Source of the DNA: an uncultured archaeon
GTDB taxonomy: Archaea > Asgardarchaeota > Heimdallarchaeia > Heimdallarchaeales > Heimdallarchaeaceae
DNA: 64,000 bases
Assembly: GCA_964549075.1 (NCBI GenBank)
Contig: CAZJUB010000004.1
Span: 18,232 to 82,231, forward strand
Direction of reading: 5' to 3'
The position numbers and the translations under genes were made by a program. Below the pieces are notes generated by a model. That model saw only the letters and a program-made list of their open reading frames with translations. It was not told the DNA's origin and searched no databases. Positions 20,801 to 29,743 of this stretch are shown here, piece by piece (the first letter of the stretch is position 1; every line of letters starts with the position of its first letter).

Positions 20801-22217
20801 TAGACCAATAAACAAATCGACTTGGTTAATTTCCGATGTTCCAGATTATGGTTTAGTCAATTTAACAATTGTTGCTAATGATGACTCTGGAGAAAGATTA
20901 TTTCCAAATGAAAAAATTATTACATTTCACTTTACTAATAAAAAAGAAGGTGCTCTTATAATTCTAAACTCCAATGATCAAGTAATATATGGAGATAATC
21001 TTAGAGTTCGAGTAGTTTTACAAGATGACCTATCAAATAATCAATCTATTATCAAAATTTCTGTGAACGGAACTTCTTTATCTTTCTCTTTAGAAACTGC
21101 AAGTATTTATTATTTTGACTATACTATACGAAAGTCTAAGGGTAATTATAACTTACAAATAATAGCTGAATCAGATCTTTATTTTGGTAAAACAAATAAT
21201 TCCTTAATCTATAATTTTGTCGTTCTTCCGCTTCCTCTCAATTTAACTATTGCTTCTTCAAGCTTAGAAGTAATAGCTGGTTCAGCAGTAGAATTAACAG
21301 GAACATTGACTTTCCTAAATGGAACCCCAGTTGAAGATATGGATTTAATTTTCAATTTTTACATTTATTATAAGGATAATAGTTTTTTCACTATTACAGC
21401 AGCATTTACTGATTATGATAATATTACAACTCGTACTGGGCAAACAAATTCTTATGGTATTGCAACAGTAACTTTTACCCCAACAGAAGATTTGGACCAT
21501 ATTTCAGTAGATGTTTCCTTTGAAGGAAGTGATATATTAGGTAATATCTCTTTAGATTTTTCACAGTCAATTGTGGTTATTAAAGCAGGTTTACAATCTT
21601 GGCTTTTATATACAATTATAGGTGGAAGTTTAGTTATTATAGCTATAGTATCTCTAATAATATACAGAGCAACTAGATCAACTCCTTTTGAAGATCTTCT
21701 AAGTAAAGTTACAGAAGAGGATGTGATGATAAAACTCCAAGAATTTTGTCCGGGTGTGATTCTTACTATTTTTGATCAAAGGCAAGGTGCTATACCTATT
21801 CTAACTGATCATTCATTCGGATTTGACCATAGTGGAAGAATTGCTTTAGAGTCAGATAATTTCATACTGAAAGTATCTGACCAAGCCTTTTCAGCTCTGG
21901 GATTTGAAGAAACACTTCAAGGAAGAAGATTGGGTTCGTTAACACTTCCAAATGAATCTATGCTAGGTTTTCTCCAAGGTATTCAAATACAGAATAAAGA
22001 AGCTAGAGGAGGACTTGAAAATCTTGTTCTCGTAGTTTTAACTGATTTAGAATATGGTACAACATTATTAACCTACCAAGAGTATTTACATCCATTAATA
22101 GATGATTTACAAGCAATGCTTCAAGAGAAAAAACCTTTGAAGGAAATTGAAAGTCAGATGAGAGTAATTAGACTTCAAGCTGTAAAAGTAATTTTAGCTG
22201 GATACGAATTAGAATGA
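17859..22217 (+). CDS. Large type I membrane protein: signal peptide, beta-rich Ig-like repeats, one TM helix, cytoplasmic uDENN/longin-like domain
   Basis: Repeated YxWD…G(x)HxLxVxAxDxxxN…DxxAP units with many NxS/T sequons; TM at about aa 1248-1269; cytoplasmic TIFDQRQGAIP…EARGG. Confidence 0.85.
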   Translation: MKLNFSTAIIISIVFTSFLLNPQLISLINKSNNQSTESSPETQTNNIPNYDDDVSTIKKIETPGHYALKAFFSQNNIINIGPEGDALEWVSYDDIRYSGWSSSYSTMDFRIDSSYTYNPDCWPNQVDTYTYMRDNGYPYPVSVMYSPVFEEETYIQGKVHFLTYLRTNFDYAYSLTITFRIRLMLFNTTDSTSSEIISIEDDLGYDDYTQAITYDYTLGSPVTIPAGFRLKVAYDAKLSTLSYSGNMFLYAGDRGYNTLHWNIYDGDYSAYYSISSTDEILGVQFDMYDTIYPNIITSGFSNNTIYQENKTISIDVSGAEDSSYTWDYGTPVSFGTYTTTDLPFTMGWHTLAVQALDEYENNKTMIYEIGYDGSIINIALQSPSNNSVVGKGEILDFEIFSIDYATYEWDNSGTQNNLTSPEYDIIAPAFDGIHNLTITTHDVFETKSFYYEFNFDGIAPAINLVDASVSNNSIQPAGKLIDINVTDPVGVAEVYYKWDSRDNFTWYAFDGSIYRTYLPESAGVHTLYVSAKDNYDNAISLVFRFTAQLNQILVELRNVNDNSYFQGNNVIEVTMLGINNTIKYKWDSGSELDGLLDAFYVNSTLILNGTNVLPYSPLGEHYLTIRTFDTSDMQHIYIFKFTLDREAPVILTDKLEYDGKRFLDTDTLQFSFSDNFASVSQLDVILSVDGITNHSLIYPYNFNLLSLSDGTYNLTIYVYDIADNFAIRSYLITIDNTAPEIEIINMEDIVYLQGQYYIPGDFNVSVLITDDDSQINSTYSWGGTEYNDFSNSFILSFIDGTSVLYINASDSLGNHEEISITLTIDSTAPISTLVFPFINSKINSNTTLDFVIEDISRATIETIYYTWDYIPAAIFFPLTFNSLGEATFDGYPESFYPANGTTAVLSVYVEDIVGNNHTYTYSFVVDNEGPNYNLQLYNEDTEQWEILKITETYLITNDSLIRIVAENTEDTFNYFWNNETDRPINKSTWLISDVPDYGLVNLTIVANDDSGERLFPNEKIITFHFTNKKEGALIILNSNDQVIYGDNLRVRVVLQDDLSNNQSIIKISVNGTSLSFSLETASIYYFDYTIRKSKGNYNLQIIAESDLYFGKTNNSLIYNFVVLPLPLNLTIASSSLEVIAGSAVELTGTLTFLNGTPVEDMDLIFNFYIYYKDNSFFTITAAFTDYDNITTRTGQTNSYGIATVTFTPTEDLDHISVDVSFEGSDILGNISLDFSQSIVVIKAGLQSWLLYTIIGGSLVIIAIVSLIIYRATRSTPFEDLLSKVTEEDVMIKLQEFCPGVILTIFDQRQGAIPILTDHSFGFDHSGRIALESDNFILKVSDQAFSALGFEETLQGRRLGSLTLPNESMLGFLQGIQIQNKEARGGLENLVLVVLTDLEYGTTLLTYQEYLHPLIDDLQAMLQEKKPLKEIESQMRVIRLQAVKVILAGYELE

Positions 22218-23441
22218 TTATATACTGTAGTCAAAAATTACCTTTATTGCTTTATTCTTTTTCTTATTAAATGCGGTTTTAAGTGCAGTTTTATAATCTT
22301 TTAAATCAAATCTGTGCGTTATTATCTCGGAGATTTTAGGATTAATTTTTTTCTCAAGTATAAATTCACTCACTAATTGAAAAGTTGTTTTCTTTTTACC
22401 ATTCCACTCTTCAGTACCATGAATACATGAACCAAGGAGGTCAACCTCTTGATACCAAATAGGAGAGTAATCAAATTTTCCTTGTTTTAAATTAACACCT
22501 AAGACCATAACCTTACCTTTACCTTTAGTCCACCGTAATGAATTCTGAATAGTTCTAGCTTTACCTACACAATCATATATCAGATTAAATCCACCAGCGA
22601 ATGTTTTGTTACCAAAATAGCCTTTGTAGAGAACAGCATCGAGTTTTTGACCAAGATAATTATCCATTTCTTTATTTGAGATAACATGTGTTGCACCAAA
22701 TTTCTTTGCCATATCAACTTGAAAATCATATTTAGCTAAAACTGTAACATCAGCATCAGGTAGTATTGCTTTAACACAGACTAAGGTACACAATCCTATA
22801 GTTCCAGCTCCAATTATTAAAATTTTATCATCTTCTTTTGGAGAAGCTCTGAGAACACCTCTTAAGGCACATGAAAGTGGTTCGATTAATAGTGCTTCAT
22901 CTGAAGTGATTTTTTCTGGTACGAAGAACAGCTGGTCTTTATGATATTTGAAACCAGTACTCCATCCTCCTGCAGCATCATATTCAGTGAACTCTGCAAA
23001 TTTACCAGCTTGTTCACATAACCAGAAATCTCCTTCTTCGCATCTAGGACACATTTTATCTGCTTGATGAAGATAACAAGATGGACCTTTTTGTACTATC
23101 ACTCTATCACCAATTGTTAAATTAGAAACATCTGAACCAACTTCTGTAATTTCAGCTACACATTCATGTCCCATCTGTCTAGGATCTGGAGAAGGAACAA
23201 TAGTAGGAGATACATCTAAAGCAAAATCTAACGCTACTAAATGTAAATCTGAACCGCAAACTCCACCACGTAAAGTTTTAGTCAATACTTCATCAGGTTT
23301 TTCTATTTCAAAATTGTAGTTTTTCTTAAATACTACAGACCCTAATCCGGAAAATACTACACTCTTCCAAACAGGTTGCAAAATTTGTGATATTAGAACT
23401 TTAGGTACAGATGGATCAAAATACACAATTTCAGTTTCCAT
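22218..23441 (-). CDS. Zinc-dependent alcohol dehydrogenase (MDR, threonine-dehydrogenase-like)
   Basis: GVCGSDLH, GHE, structural Cys cluster, EPLSC, GAGTIG, ITHRF. Confidence 0.9.
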   Translation of the reverse strand: METEIVYFDPSVPKVLISQILQPVWKSVVFSGLGSVVFKKNYNFEIEKPDEVLTKTLRGGVCGSDLHLVALDFALDVSPTIVPSPDPRQMGHECVAEITEVGSDVSNLTIGDRVIVQKGPSCYLHQADKMCPRCEEGDFWLCEQAGKFAEFTEYDAAGGWSTGFKYHKDQLFFVPEKITSDEALLIEPLSCALRGVLRASPKEDDKILIIGAGTIGLCTLVCVKAILPDADVTVLAKYDFQVDMAKKFGATHVISNKEMDNYLGQKLDAVLYKGYFGNKTFAGGFNLIYDCVGKARTIQNSLRWTKGKGKVMVLGVNLKQGKFDYSPIWYQEVDLLGSCIHGTEEWNGKKKTTFQLVSEFILEKKINPKISEIITHRFDLKDYKTALKTAFNKKKNKAIKVIFDYSI

Positions 23442-23481
23442 ACTCTTTTAAAATTGAACTAGTTTTTAATTTTAACCTATT

Positions 23482-24294
23482 TTAATCAATACTGTAGAAA
23501 ATTTCTTTGTTCTTTTTTAAATAACCGAATCTCCAGAGCTTCTCAAGGACATCAACTAGATTATTGTAAAATTCTCTAATTTCTTCTGGTACTTTTAATG
23601 ATATTTTTAGATTGTGTGTTGTTGCATAGTAATTAAAGTATTGATAATCAAAGAATTCTAACTCAGGTCTGAAGAATTCCCAATCAATTAATTTGATTTG
23701 TTTATTAATAATGAAGTTAGGTGGGACTAAATCGCCATGAACAAATGTTAAATTCTCTTTATACTGATCAAGAATTTCCTCTTGTTTTTCCACCGATAAT
23801 ACTAGTTCATTGATTAGATCTTTAGGATAAACAAGACTAGAACTTCTATAAATTGAAATAAGATTTCTATAATATTCTATAACTTGTTCTCTCGATGGTC
23901 CTAGATAAAGTCTAGCTTCATCATGTAATGCAGTTAAAGTTTTAGAAATCTTTTTTGTAAGAGGTTTAGTAATTTCGATATTAATAAGTTCTATACCATC
24001 AACATATTCGTAAACTATCAAATCAGGTTTTTTCATCCATATTAGATGTGAAGAATATGAACCTCCAAAAAGCTTTAACGCTTTAATTTCTCTTTCCATC
24101 CTATCTTCAGATTTAAAAATACTATCGTCTGGAAAGTATTTACATACAGCTAGAGGTTCAGAATTGTTTCCTTTTATTACTTGATTATTATTAAAATAAC
24201 CTTTATCGAGATTTACCCATTGAAATTCTGAATGAGATTCAAAGTACTGTAACAGCGCTTCTTCAATTTCATTCTTTACTTGTTCTGAAATCAA
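23482..24294 (-). CDS. APH/choline-kinase-family phosphotransferase, candidate thiamine kinase
   Basis: HGDLVPPN and LIDWE motifs; 4-nt overlap with the thiamine ABC ATPase gene. Confidence 0.75.
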   Translation of the reverse strand: MISEQVKNEIEEALLQYFESHSEFQWVNLDKGYFNNNQVIKGNNSEPLAVCKYFPDDSIFKSEDRMEREIKALKLFGGSYSSHLIWMKKPDLIVYEYVDGIELINIEITKPLTKKISKTLTALHDEARLYLGPSREQVIEYYRNLISIYRSSSLVYPKDLINELVLSVEKQEEILDQYKENLTFVHGDLVPPNFIINKQIKLIDWEFFRPELEFFDYQYFNYYATTHNLKISLKVPEEIREFYNNLVDVLEKLWRFGYLKKNKEIFYSID

Positions 24295-25364
24295 ATTAGA
24301 ACTACATCCTTAGGTGTTATAGCTAGTGTGATACTAGTATCGACATTTAATTCTTTATTGATTTGATCTCTTAAACAATCTACTTTAATATATTCTGAAA
24401 GTGTGTCTTTGATATCAACAATTAACCTAAATGTTTCATCATCTAACTCTACAACAGACTTAACTGTTCCTTGAAAAATAATTAAATCATCTTTATTCTT
24501 AGTTTTATCAGAATAAATTGAAAATGAAGATGGATTTATTTTAATCCCTGAGATTTTTGATTGAATTTTTCTATCCAGTTGAATTTTTCCTATTGGAACT
24601 GAAAGAATACTACCTTTTTTATCTTTTGTAATAAACTCTACAGGCCAAACATTATCTATACCCATGATTTTTGCTACAAGATAATTCAATGGTTTTTGGT
24701 CGATTTCCAATAATTTTCCTATCTGTTGAATTTTTCCATCATACATCACTGCTACTCTATCACTGATTAGACGAGCTTCATCACTACTGTGTGTAACATA
24801 GATAGTGGTTGTCTGTGTTTGTTTTTGAATACGTCTAATTGAAAGAGCTAAAGATTCTCTTCCAGAAGCATCGATGCTTGACAAAGGTTCATCTAGAAGG
24901 AGCACTTCAGGTTCAATCGCCATCGCTCTAGCCAGAGCAACTCTCTGTTTTTGTCCGCCACTAATTTCTCGAGAAAATCTTGAAAATAATTCTCTTATTT
25001 GAGTAAGATTAGCAATCCACTCCAATTTTGATTCTACTTGTTCTTTACTAAGTTTTCTTGCTTCAAGACCAAATTTTATATTATCTTCGACCGTCATATG
25101 CGGGAAGAGAACCTGGGCTTGAGGAACATAACCGATTTTCCTTTTTTGAGGAGGGAGATTTGTTATCTCTTCCTTATTAAAGTAAATATGTCCTGTTTCA
25201 GGTTCTATAATCCCTGCTATAATCTTTAATAATGTAGATTTTCCACAGCCAGATTCCCCCAAAATAACCAACAGTTCTCCGTTGTGAATATTAAGGTTTA
25301 GACCATCTAAAATATATTTCTTCTCATATTTCATGGACACTTCATTAATACTCACATTTACCAT
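24291..25364 (-). CDS. thiQ: Thiamine ABC transporter ATP-binding subunit
   Basis: GESGCGKST, ISGGQ, LLLDEP, YVTH, TOBE-like tail; position in operon. Confidence 0.85.
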   Translation of the reverse strand: MVNVSINEVSMKYEKKYILDGLNLNIHNGELLVILGESGCGKSTLLKIIAGIIEPETGHIYFNKEEITNLPPQKRKIGYVPQAQVLFPHMTVEDNIKFGLEARKLSKEQVESKLEWIANLTQIRELFSRFSREISGGQKQRVALARAMAIEPEVLLLDEPLSSIDASGRESLALSIRRIQKQTQTTTIYVTHSSDEARLISDRVAVMYDGKIQQIGKLLEIDQKPLNYLVAKIMGIDNVWPVEFITKDKKGSILSVPIGKIQLDRKIQSKISGIKINPSSFSIYSDKTKNKDDLIIFQGTVKSVVELDDETFRLIVDIKDTLSEYIKVDCLRDQINKELNVDTSITLAITPKDVVLI

Positions 25365-25367
25365 TTT

Positions 25368-27116
25368 TTACACCTTAAGTTCAATTTCTCCTAATTTATG
25401 AATTCCGTAGAAGCAAAGTAAAGTCACAACTATTAAAAGACTAGCCATTGCTAAAGGAATTTGCAATGTTTGCGTTGAGATTGAATCATATATTCCAATG
25501 GAGAGAGTCTTAAATTTGTCTCTTGCAAGAAAATATGTTGCTCCAAATTCCCCAAGGCTAATTGCAAAAGAAAACAAACCTCCAACAATTATTCCTCTAT
25601 AAATCATCGGAAAGATTATTTTTCTGAAATTTCTAAATTTAGACGCTCCTAATGTGGAAGCTACATTTAGTAATTCGACATCTATTCTGTTGTATGCTGA
25701 TAAAATAGTTCTAGTTGCAAAAGGAATACTAATTATTACATGAGATACTATTACAAAAAACCAAACAGCTGTATTAAAAAGATTGGAATTTCCATATTGC
25801 AGAAAAACTCCCGTTGCAAGGGTTATTGAAGAAGTAGCCATTGGTAGTATAATTAGATATGAAATCAAATTATCGACTCTTGAAGATCTATATTTCTGAA
25901 GACTTTGGAATCTATTTCTAAGTATAAAAACAATAATCATAGAGAGAATCAATGTTACTAGCGTAGAAATTGAAGCTAAAAAGAGAGTATTTCTTAAGAG
26001 AACAAGAGGATTAGCATGCAATACGCTAATTACTTTGTTAGAAAAAAATTCTTTGTATCCGAATAGGATAGTATTTCCAGTTTTATCTGGAATAAAGGAT
26101 CTTATTATCACCGCTAAAATAGGTAAAAACGTGAATAAGCCTATCAAGGTAATAAATAAAATTACCATTATATTTCTTAATATAATTCTCCAATTCTGAT
26201 TTCTGAATTTGAACTTGATTGTTTTAAAACTTGATTCCTTTCCCTCAGCTGAATGCCTAGATTTTCTATCAAACATTATATATAAAATTATAACTAGACT
26301 GTTCAGAATCAGCTGTAGGAGAGCCAAGAAACTTGCTCCCGTGTAATTATTTGCTCCTTTAAATTCTTTGTAAATCTGAACTTCAATTGTATTGTATATC
26401 GGACTTGCTAATTTTAACACTATTGCAAAGCTGTTGAAAGTATACACAAATACTAACAGAGTAGCAGCAACAATTGAATTCATTATCTGAGGTGCAATTA
26501 TTTTTCGTAGAATTCGGAATTTGCTTGCTCCTAAAGTACTAGAGACTTCTACTTGATCATAATCCACATTCTGCCAAGCAGGTATTGTCAATCTTATTAT
26601 TACTGATAAATTATAAAATACATGAGCTAAGATTATGCCTTCTACGGTTCCAAAAATCGAAATAATTGGATTTGTACTATTTGTAATTGATTCCCATATA
26701 GTGTTTACCCATCCTGAGTTTCCATATGTTACAAGAAAACCAGCTAAGACAACAATAGGAGGAAGAACGAACGGAATAGTTAATAAATTAACCAGTATTT
26801 CCTTACCTTTAAAATTATATTTAGCTAGAAAATATCCAGCTGGTAGTCCTATAAGTAAACATAATATTGAAGATATGAAAGCTTGTAAAAAAGTGAAACC
26901 TATAGCATACAGATTGACTTTATTGGTAATAGTTTCCTTTAAAATTAAGCCAAGTGGTTCTGTTCCAGAAGTGAAACTGTATTCAAAAATCCTGATGAGA
27001 GGAATATAAAAAAAAGCTAATAAAAAAGAGAGAAGAAGAATTACAGCTAAAGCCATTATCAATTTGCTATATAGCTCATTCTTAGATTCTGCAATTCCTC
27101 TTAAATTTGCGAACAT
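25368..27116 (-). CDS. thiP: Thiamine ABC transporter permease (duplicated BPD module)
   Basis: PFVLPP, LAHVFYN, two EAA-like loops (STLGASKF), SLGEFGAT. Confidence 0.85.
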   Translation of the reverse strand: MFANLRGIAESKNELYSKLIMALAVILLLSFLLAFFYIPLIRIFEYSFTSGTEPLGLILKETITNKVNLYAIGFTFLQAFISSILCLLIGLPAGYFLAKYNFKGKEILVNLLTIPFVLPPIVVLAGFLVTYGNSGWVNTIWESITNSTNPIISIFGTVEGIILAHVFYNLSVIIRLTIPAWQNVDYDQVEVSSTLGASKFRILRKIIAPQIMNSIVAATLLVFVYTFNSFAIVLKLASPIYNTIEVQIYKEFKGANNYTGASFLALLQLILNSLVIILYIMFDRKSRHSAEGKESSFKTIKFKFRNQNWRIILRNIMVILFITLIGLFTFLPILAVIIRSFIPDKTGNTILFGYKEFFSNKVISVLHANPLVLLRNTLFLASISTLVTLILSMIIVFILRNRFQSLQKYRSSRVDNLISYLIILPMATSSITLATGVFLQYGNSNLFNTAVWFFVIVSHVIISIPFATRTILSAYNRIDVELLNVASTLGASKFRNFRKIIFPMIYRGIIVGGLFSFAISLGEFGATYFLARDKFKTLSIGIYDSISTQTLQIPLAMASLLIVVTLLCFYGIHKLGEIELKV

Positions 27117-27128
27117 TTTCAGTCTCTT

Positions 27129-28379
27129 CTACAGCTTTTTTCTCTTTTTAATCATTACATAAACCATTGTACTTGTAAGTAAGGTAAACAGTAAGAGTAC
27201 TGGAGAACCAAATGATGCAACTTCTGCTTCCCAATCATCTAACCAGTTATCTAAGTTATCTCGTATCATCTCAGGAGTAAGGATGTCATTCAAAATCACA
27301 TCAATGGAATCTGGATTAATAGAATTATTAGCAAAACAAGATGGGATTTCAGCTTGTATGTTTGCAGGGTACATCCAATTATTTAATGGTATATTGTCTT
27401 GTAATTCTTTATCTAAGAACCAGTCTATGAATTTCTTTGCTTCTGCAGTATGAGGTGCATCTTTAACTAGGCCTATTCCTTCTATTTGAAGCCAGGCGTT
27501 TGACATTATAACTGTCAATTGTGTTGGATTCTCATGTGATACAACAGCTGCAGAAGGAGGAGGATTTCCTTCTCCAACGCCATATTCTGGGTGACAAACA
27601 TCATAAGCAGGACTGGTGCCATATGAAATCATTATTGGACGATTTTCTTCTGGAGTGTAATAGATACTAAAAGCATCACTCCAACTTGAAGTTATTCGCA
27701 AATCTTTCTTTGCATCACCCCACCAATCTCTCCAATCTTGTCCTAAGACTCCTTCAAAATTAATTTTTGGGTCACCATATATTGCTATGGTCCAAAGCAA
27801 AAATCCTAAGCCAGGAGAACTTAAAGTTGGATCTTCAACAACTAATTTTTTATCAAGATTATACTTGAGTATATCACCTAATTTAAGATATTCTAATTCT
27901 GGATTAGTAGTAAAATTGATACGATTTAAATCAAACCAGAGAGCTATTATACCATAATCATATGGTAAAAGATATTTCTCTGGATCGAGGTTGGTAATTA
28001 GATTTGAGGAAATGTTAACTAAGGATGGTGAGTTGTAAATCTCAAGTATCCCTTCATCTTTTGCTTTATGTATCAATACATTATCTAAACCAATCAACAC
28101 ATCAGCTGTAGGAGAATCTTTTTCTAAAATCGCTTTAGAAAGTATTGTATTTGCATCTTCCATATACACTACTTTTATTGAATCAGCTGATATACCACTA
28201 TAAGTAGCATAAGCGGAGACAAAGTCATATCCAGGGTCTGCTAAAAGAGATTCATATGTATAGATTACAAGAGAGTAGTCTTCTGCATTAACCACTGTAG
28301 TTCCTTTAGTCTGGTGGACCGGAAGTAATAAAGAAGTGAATAATATAAGAATTATGAAAACTCTTTTCATGATTATCAT
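27129..28379 (-). CDS. thiB: Thiamine ABC transporter substrate-binding protein with C-terminal membrane anchor
   Basis: YTYES, ADVLIGLDN, PYDYG, DPTLSSPGLGFL, SYGTSPAY, QIEG, NNWMYP; signal peptide and C-terminal TM+KKRKK. Confidence 0.9.
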   Translation of the reverse strand: MIIMKRVFIILILFTSLLLPVHQTKGTTVVNAEDYSLVIYTYESLLADPGYDFVSAYATYSGISADSIKVVYMEDANTILSKAILEKDSPTADVLIGLDNVLIHKAKDEGILEIYNSPSLVNISSNLITNLDPEKYLLPYDYGIIALWFDLNRINFTTNPELEYLKLGDILKYNLDKKLVVEDPTLSSPGLGFLLWTIAIYGDPKINFEGVLGQDWRDWWGDAKKDLRITSSWSDAFSIYYTPEENRPIMISYGTSPAYDVCHPEYGVGEGNPPPSAAVVSHENPTQLTVIMSNAWLQIEGIGLVKDAPHTAEAKKFIDWFLDKELQDNIPLNNWMYPANIQAEIPSCFANNSINPDSIDVILNDILTPEMIRDNLDNWLDDWEAEVASFGSPVLLLFTLLTSTMVYVMIKKRKKL

Positions 28380-28417
28380 GTTTATCTAGAGATCAGAGAT
28401 TTTAAATCTTAGCTTCA

Positions 28418-28436
28418 CTATATAGGTGACCTATAT
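28418..28436. promoter_or_regulatory. Candidate ThiR operator, ATATAGGT-G-ACCTATAT
   Basis: Perfect 8-bp inverted repeat (28420-28436) just upstream of the TTTAAA box of thiB. Confidence 0.6.
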
Positions 28437-28440
28437 TTTT

Positions 28441-29349
28441 TTATTTTAAAAGCATAACCAATCTCAATAGATCTTTTTGATCTATAGCAAATAGATATGC
28501 GATTGATTCAAATCCAGAACTTGCTTCATCTATTATAGCATTCACATTAACTAATTTATTTCCTTTCTCGAGTTCTTTTAAGACCTTATCAGTTGCTAAA
28601 TCAAGATGCTTAGTTTCTATGAATTTGATGTTTTTTTCTTCAAACAATTTTTTGAGTTTATCTTTTGTTTTAATGCTTAAAATCCAATTAATATCTGGAC
28701 GATTATTCTTAAACCAAAGAAGTAATGAAGATGAGGTTTTTGAAGAGCCAAACTCAGGGGGATGAACATTCATGATTTGATCCTTTACCTTGATAATTCT
28801 GCCAGGAAAACTTGCCACATCATCTAATGCACTAGCTTCTGAATCACAACAAGCTAACTGTGATCCTATCTCTGGAATCCATTGATGAAAGTTTTGATTT
28901 CTCTTTATTTCTTCAAATACTTCTTCTAAGGCACTCAAAATAGAAGTTCTTTTTTCTGAAGATGGAAGATATTCTGTCCCATGGCAAATAGTACAAATTT
29001 TGATATGTGCAATTTCTTGCAGAATCTCTTTATGGATAGAGCAGATAGGGCCACTTACTCTCAAAGATTTGCATTTTAAACATATTGTCTTCATCACTTC
29101 ATCTATACTCACTTTAGACACAATCATATCAGAGACAGAATTAGCTAGAGAATCTAGATGAAAATTTATTCTTTCATCTCCTGTGTCTTCAATATTCTTT
29201 TGAAGATACGAAACAATAACCGGTTGTTTTACACCTAATATCTTAGCTATTTCATTTTGTGAAAAACCTTGATTTCTAAGATTATGAGTGACTCTTACTC
29301 TTAATCCAGGTAAGAATGACGAAGAAACAAATTCACAAGGAAACCTCAT
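28441..29349 (-). CDS. thiR: ThiR regulator (HTH plus thiamine-phosphate-synthase ThiN-like domain)
   Basis: MRFPCE…SQNEIAKILGVKQPVIVSY HTH, CxxC…CxxH…CxxC, IPEIGSQ, DVASFPGRI, PEFGSS. Confidence 0.85.
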   Translation of the reverse strand: MRFPCEFVSSSFLPGLRVRVTHNLRNQGFSQNEIAKILGVKQPVIVSYLQKNIEDTGDERINFHLDSLANSVSDMIVSKVSIDEVMKTICLKCKSLRVSGPICSIHKEILQEIAHIKICTICHGTEYLPSSEKRTSILSALEEVFEEIKRNQNFHQWIPEIGSQLACCDSEASALDDVASFPGRIIKVKDQIMNVHPPEFGSSKTSSSLLLWFKNNRPDINWILSIKTKDKLKKLFEEKNIKFIETKHLDLATDKVLKELEKGNKLVNVNAIIDEASSGFESIAYLFAIDQKDLLRLVMLLK

Positions 29350-29368
29350 AAAACCATCAATATAAGCT

Positions 29369-29387
29369 CTATATAGGGGGACTATTT
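29369..29387. promoter_or_regulatory. Second, degenerate candidate ThiR site upstream of thiR
   Basis: CTATATAGGGGGACTATTT matches CTATATAGGTGACCTATAT (28418-28436) at 15 of 19 positions. Confidence 0.45.
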
Positions 29388-29462
29388 ATTCTTTTTAAGA
29401 TTTGCTGAATCATGTTAAAAAGAGGAAAGCATATAAAGAACTTCTGCACTCTTAGAGATAGA

Positions 29463-29606
29463 ATGACAGTTTTAAGTGCTATTCTTGGATCAATTACTTT
29501 CTTACTAATTACTGTAGCTTTTACATTTATTACTTGGTGGTTATTTCGATATGCTCTAAGAGAAAAACCTGAAGAAGAAAATAATAATGTAAAAAATGTT
29601 ACTTAA
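29463..29606 (+). CDS. 47-aa single-pass membrane micropeptide
   Basis: MTVLSAILGSITFLLITVAFTFITWWLFRYALREKPEEE…; TATA-like CATATAAA about 26 nt upstream of ATG 29463. Confidence 0.6.
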   Translation: MTVLSAILGSITFLLITVAFTFITWWLFRYALREKPEEENNNVKNVT

Positions 29607-29743
29607 GAACGGCTTATTTTCTTTCTATTACTCGTTTAATTTGATTTAATACTATTTAAGGAAATTTAATAAAGGTGTCAGTAAAAATTAAATAGATTAA
29701 ATAAGTTATAATAATGTAAACTAATTAAACTGGTTAGAGCAAA

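Noticed and set aside
28380-28440. TPP riboswitch upstream of thiB
   Set aside because: Gap too short and no conserved aptamer core; ThiR explains regulation
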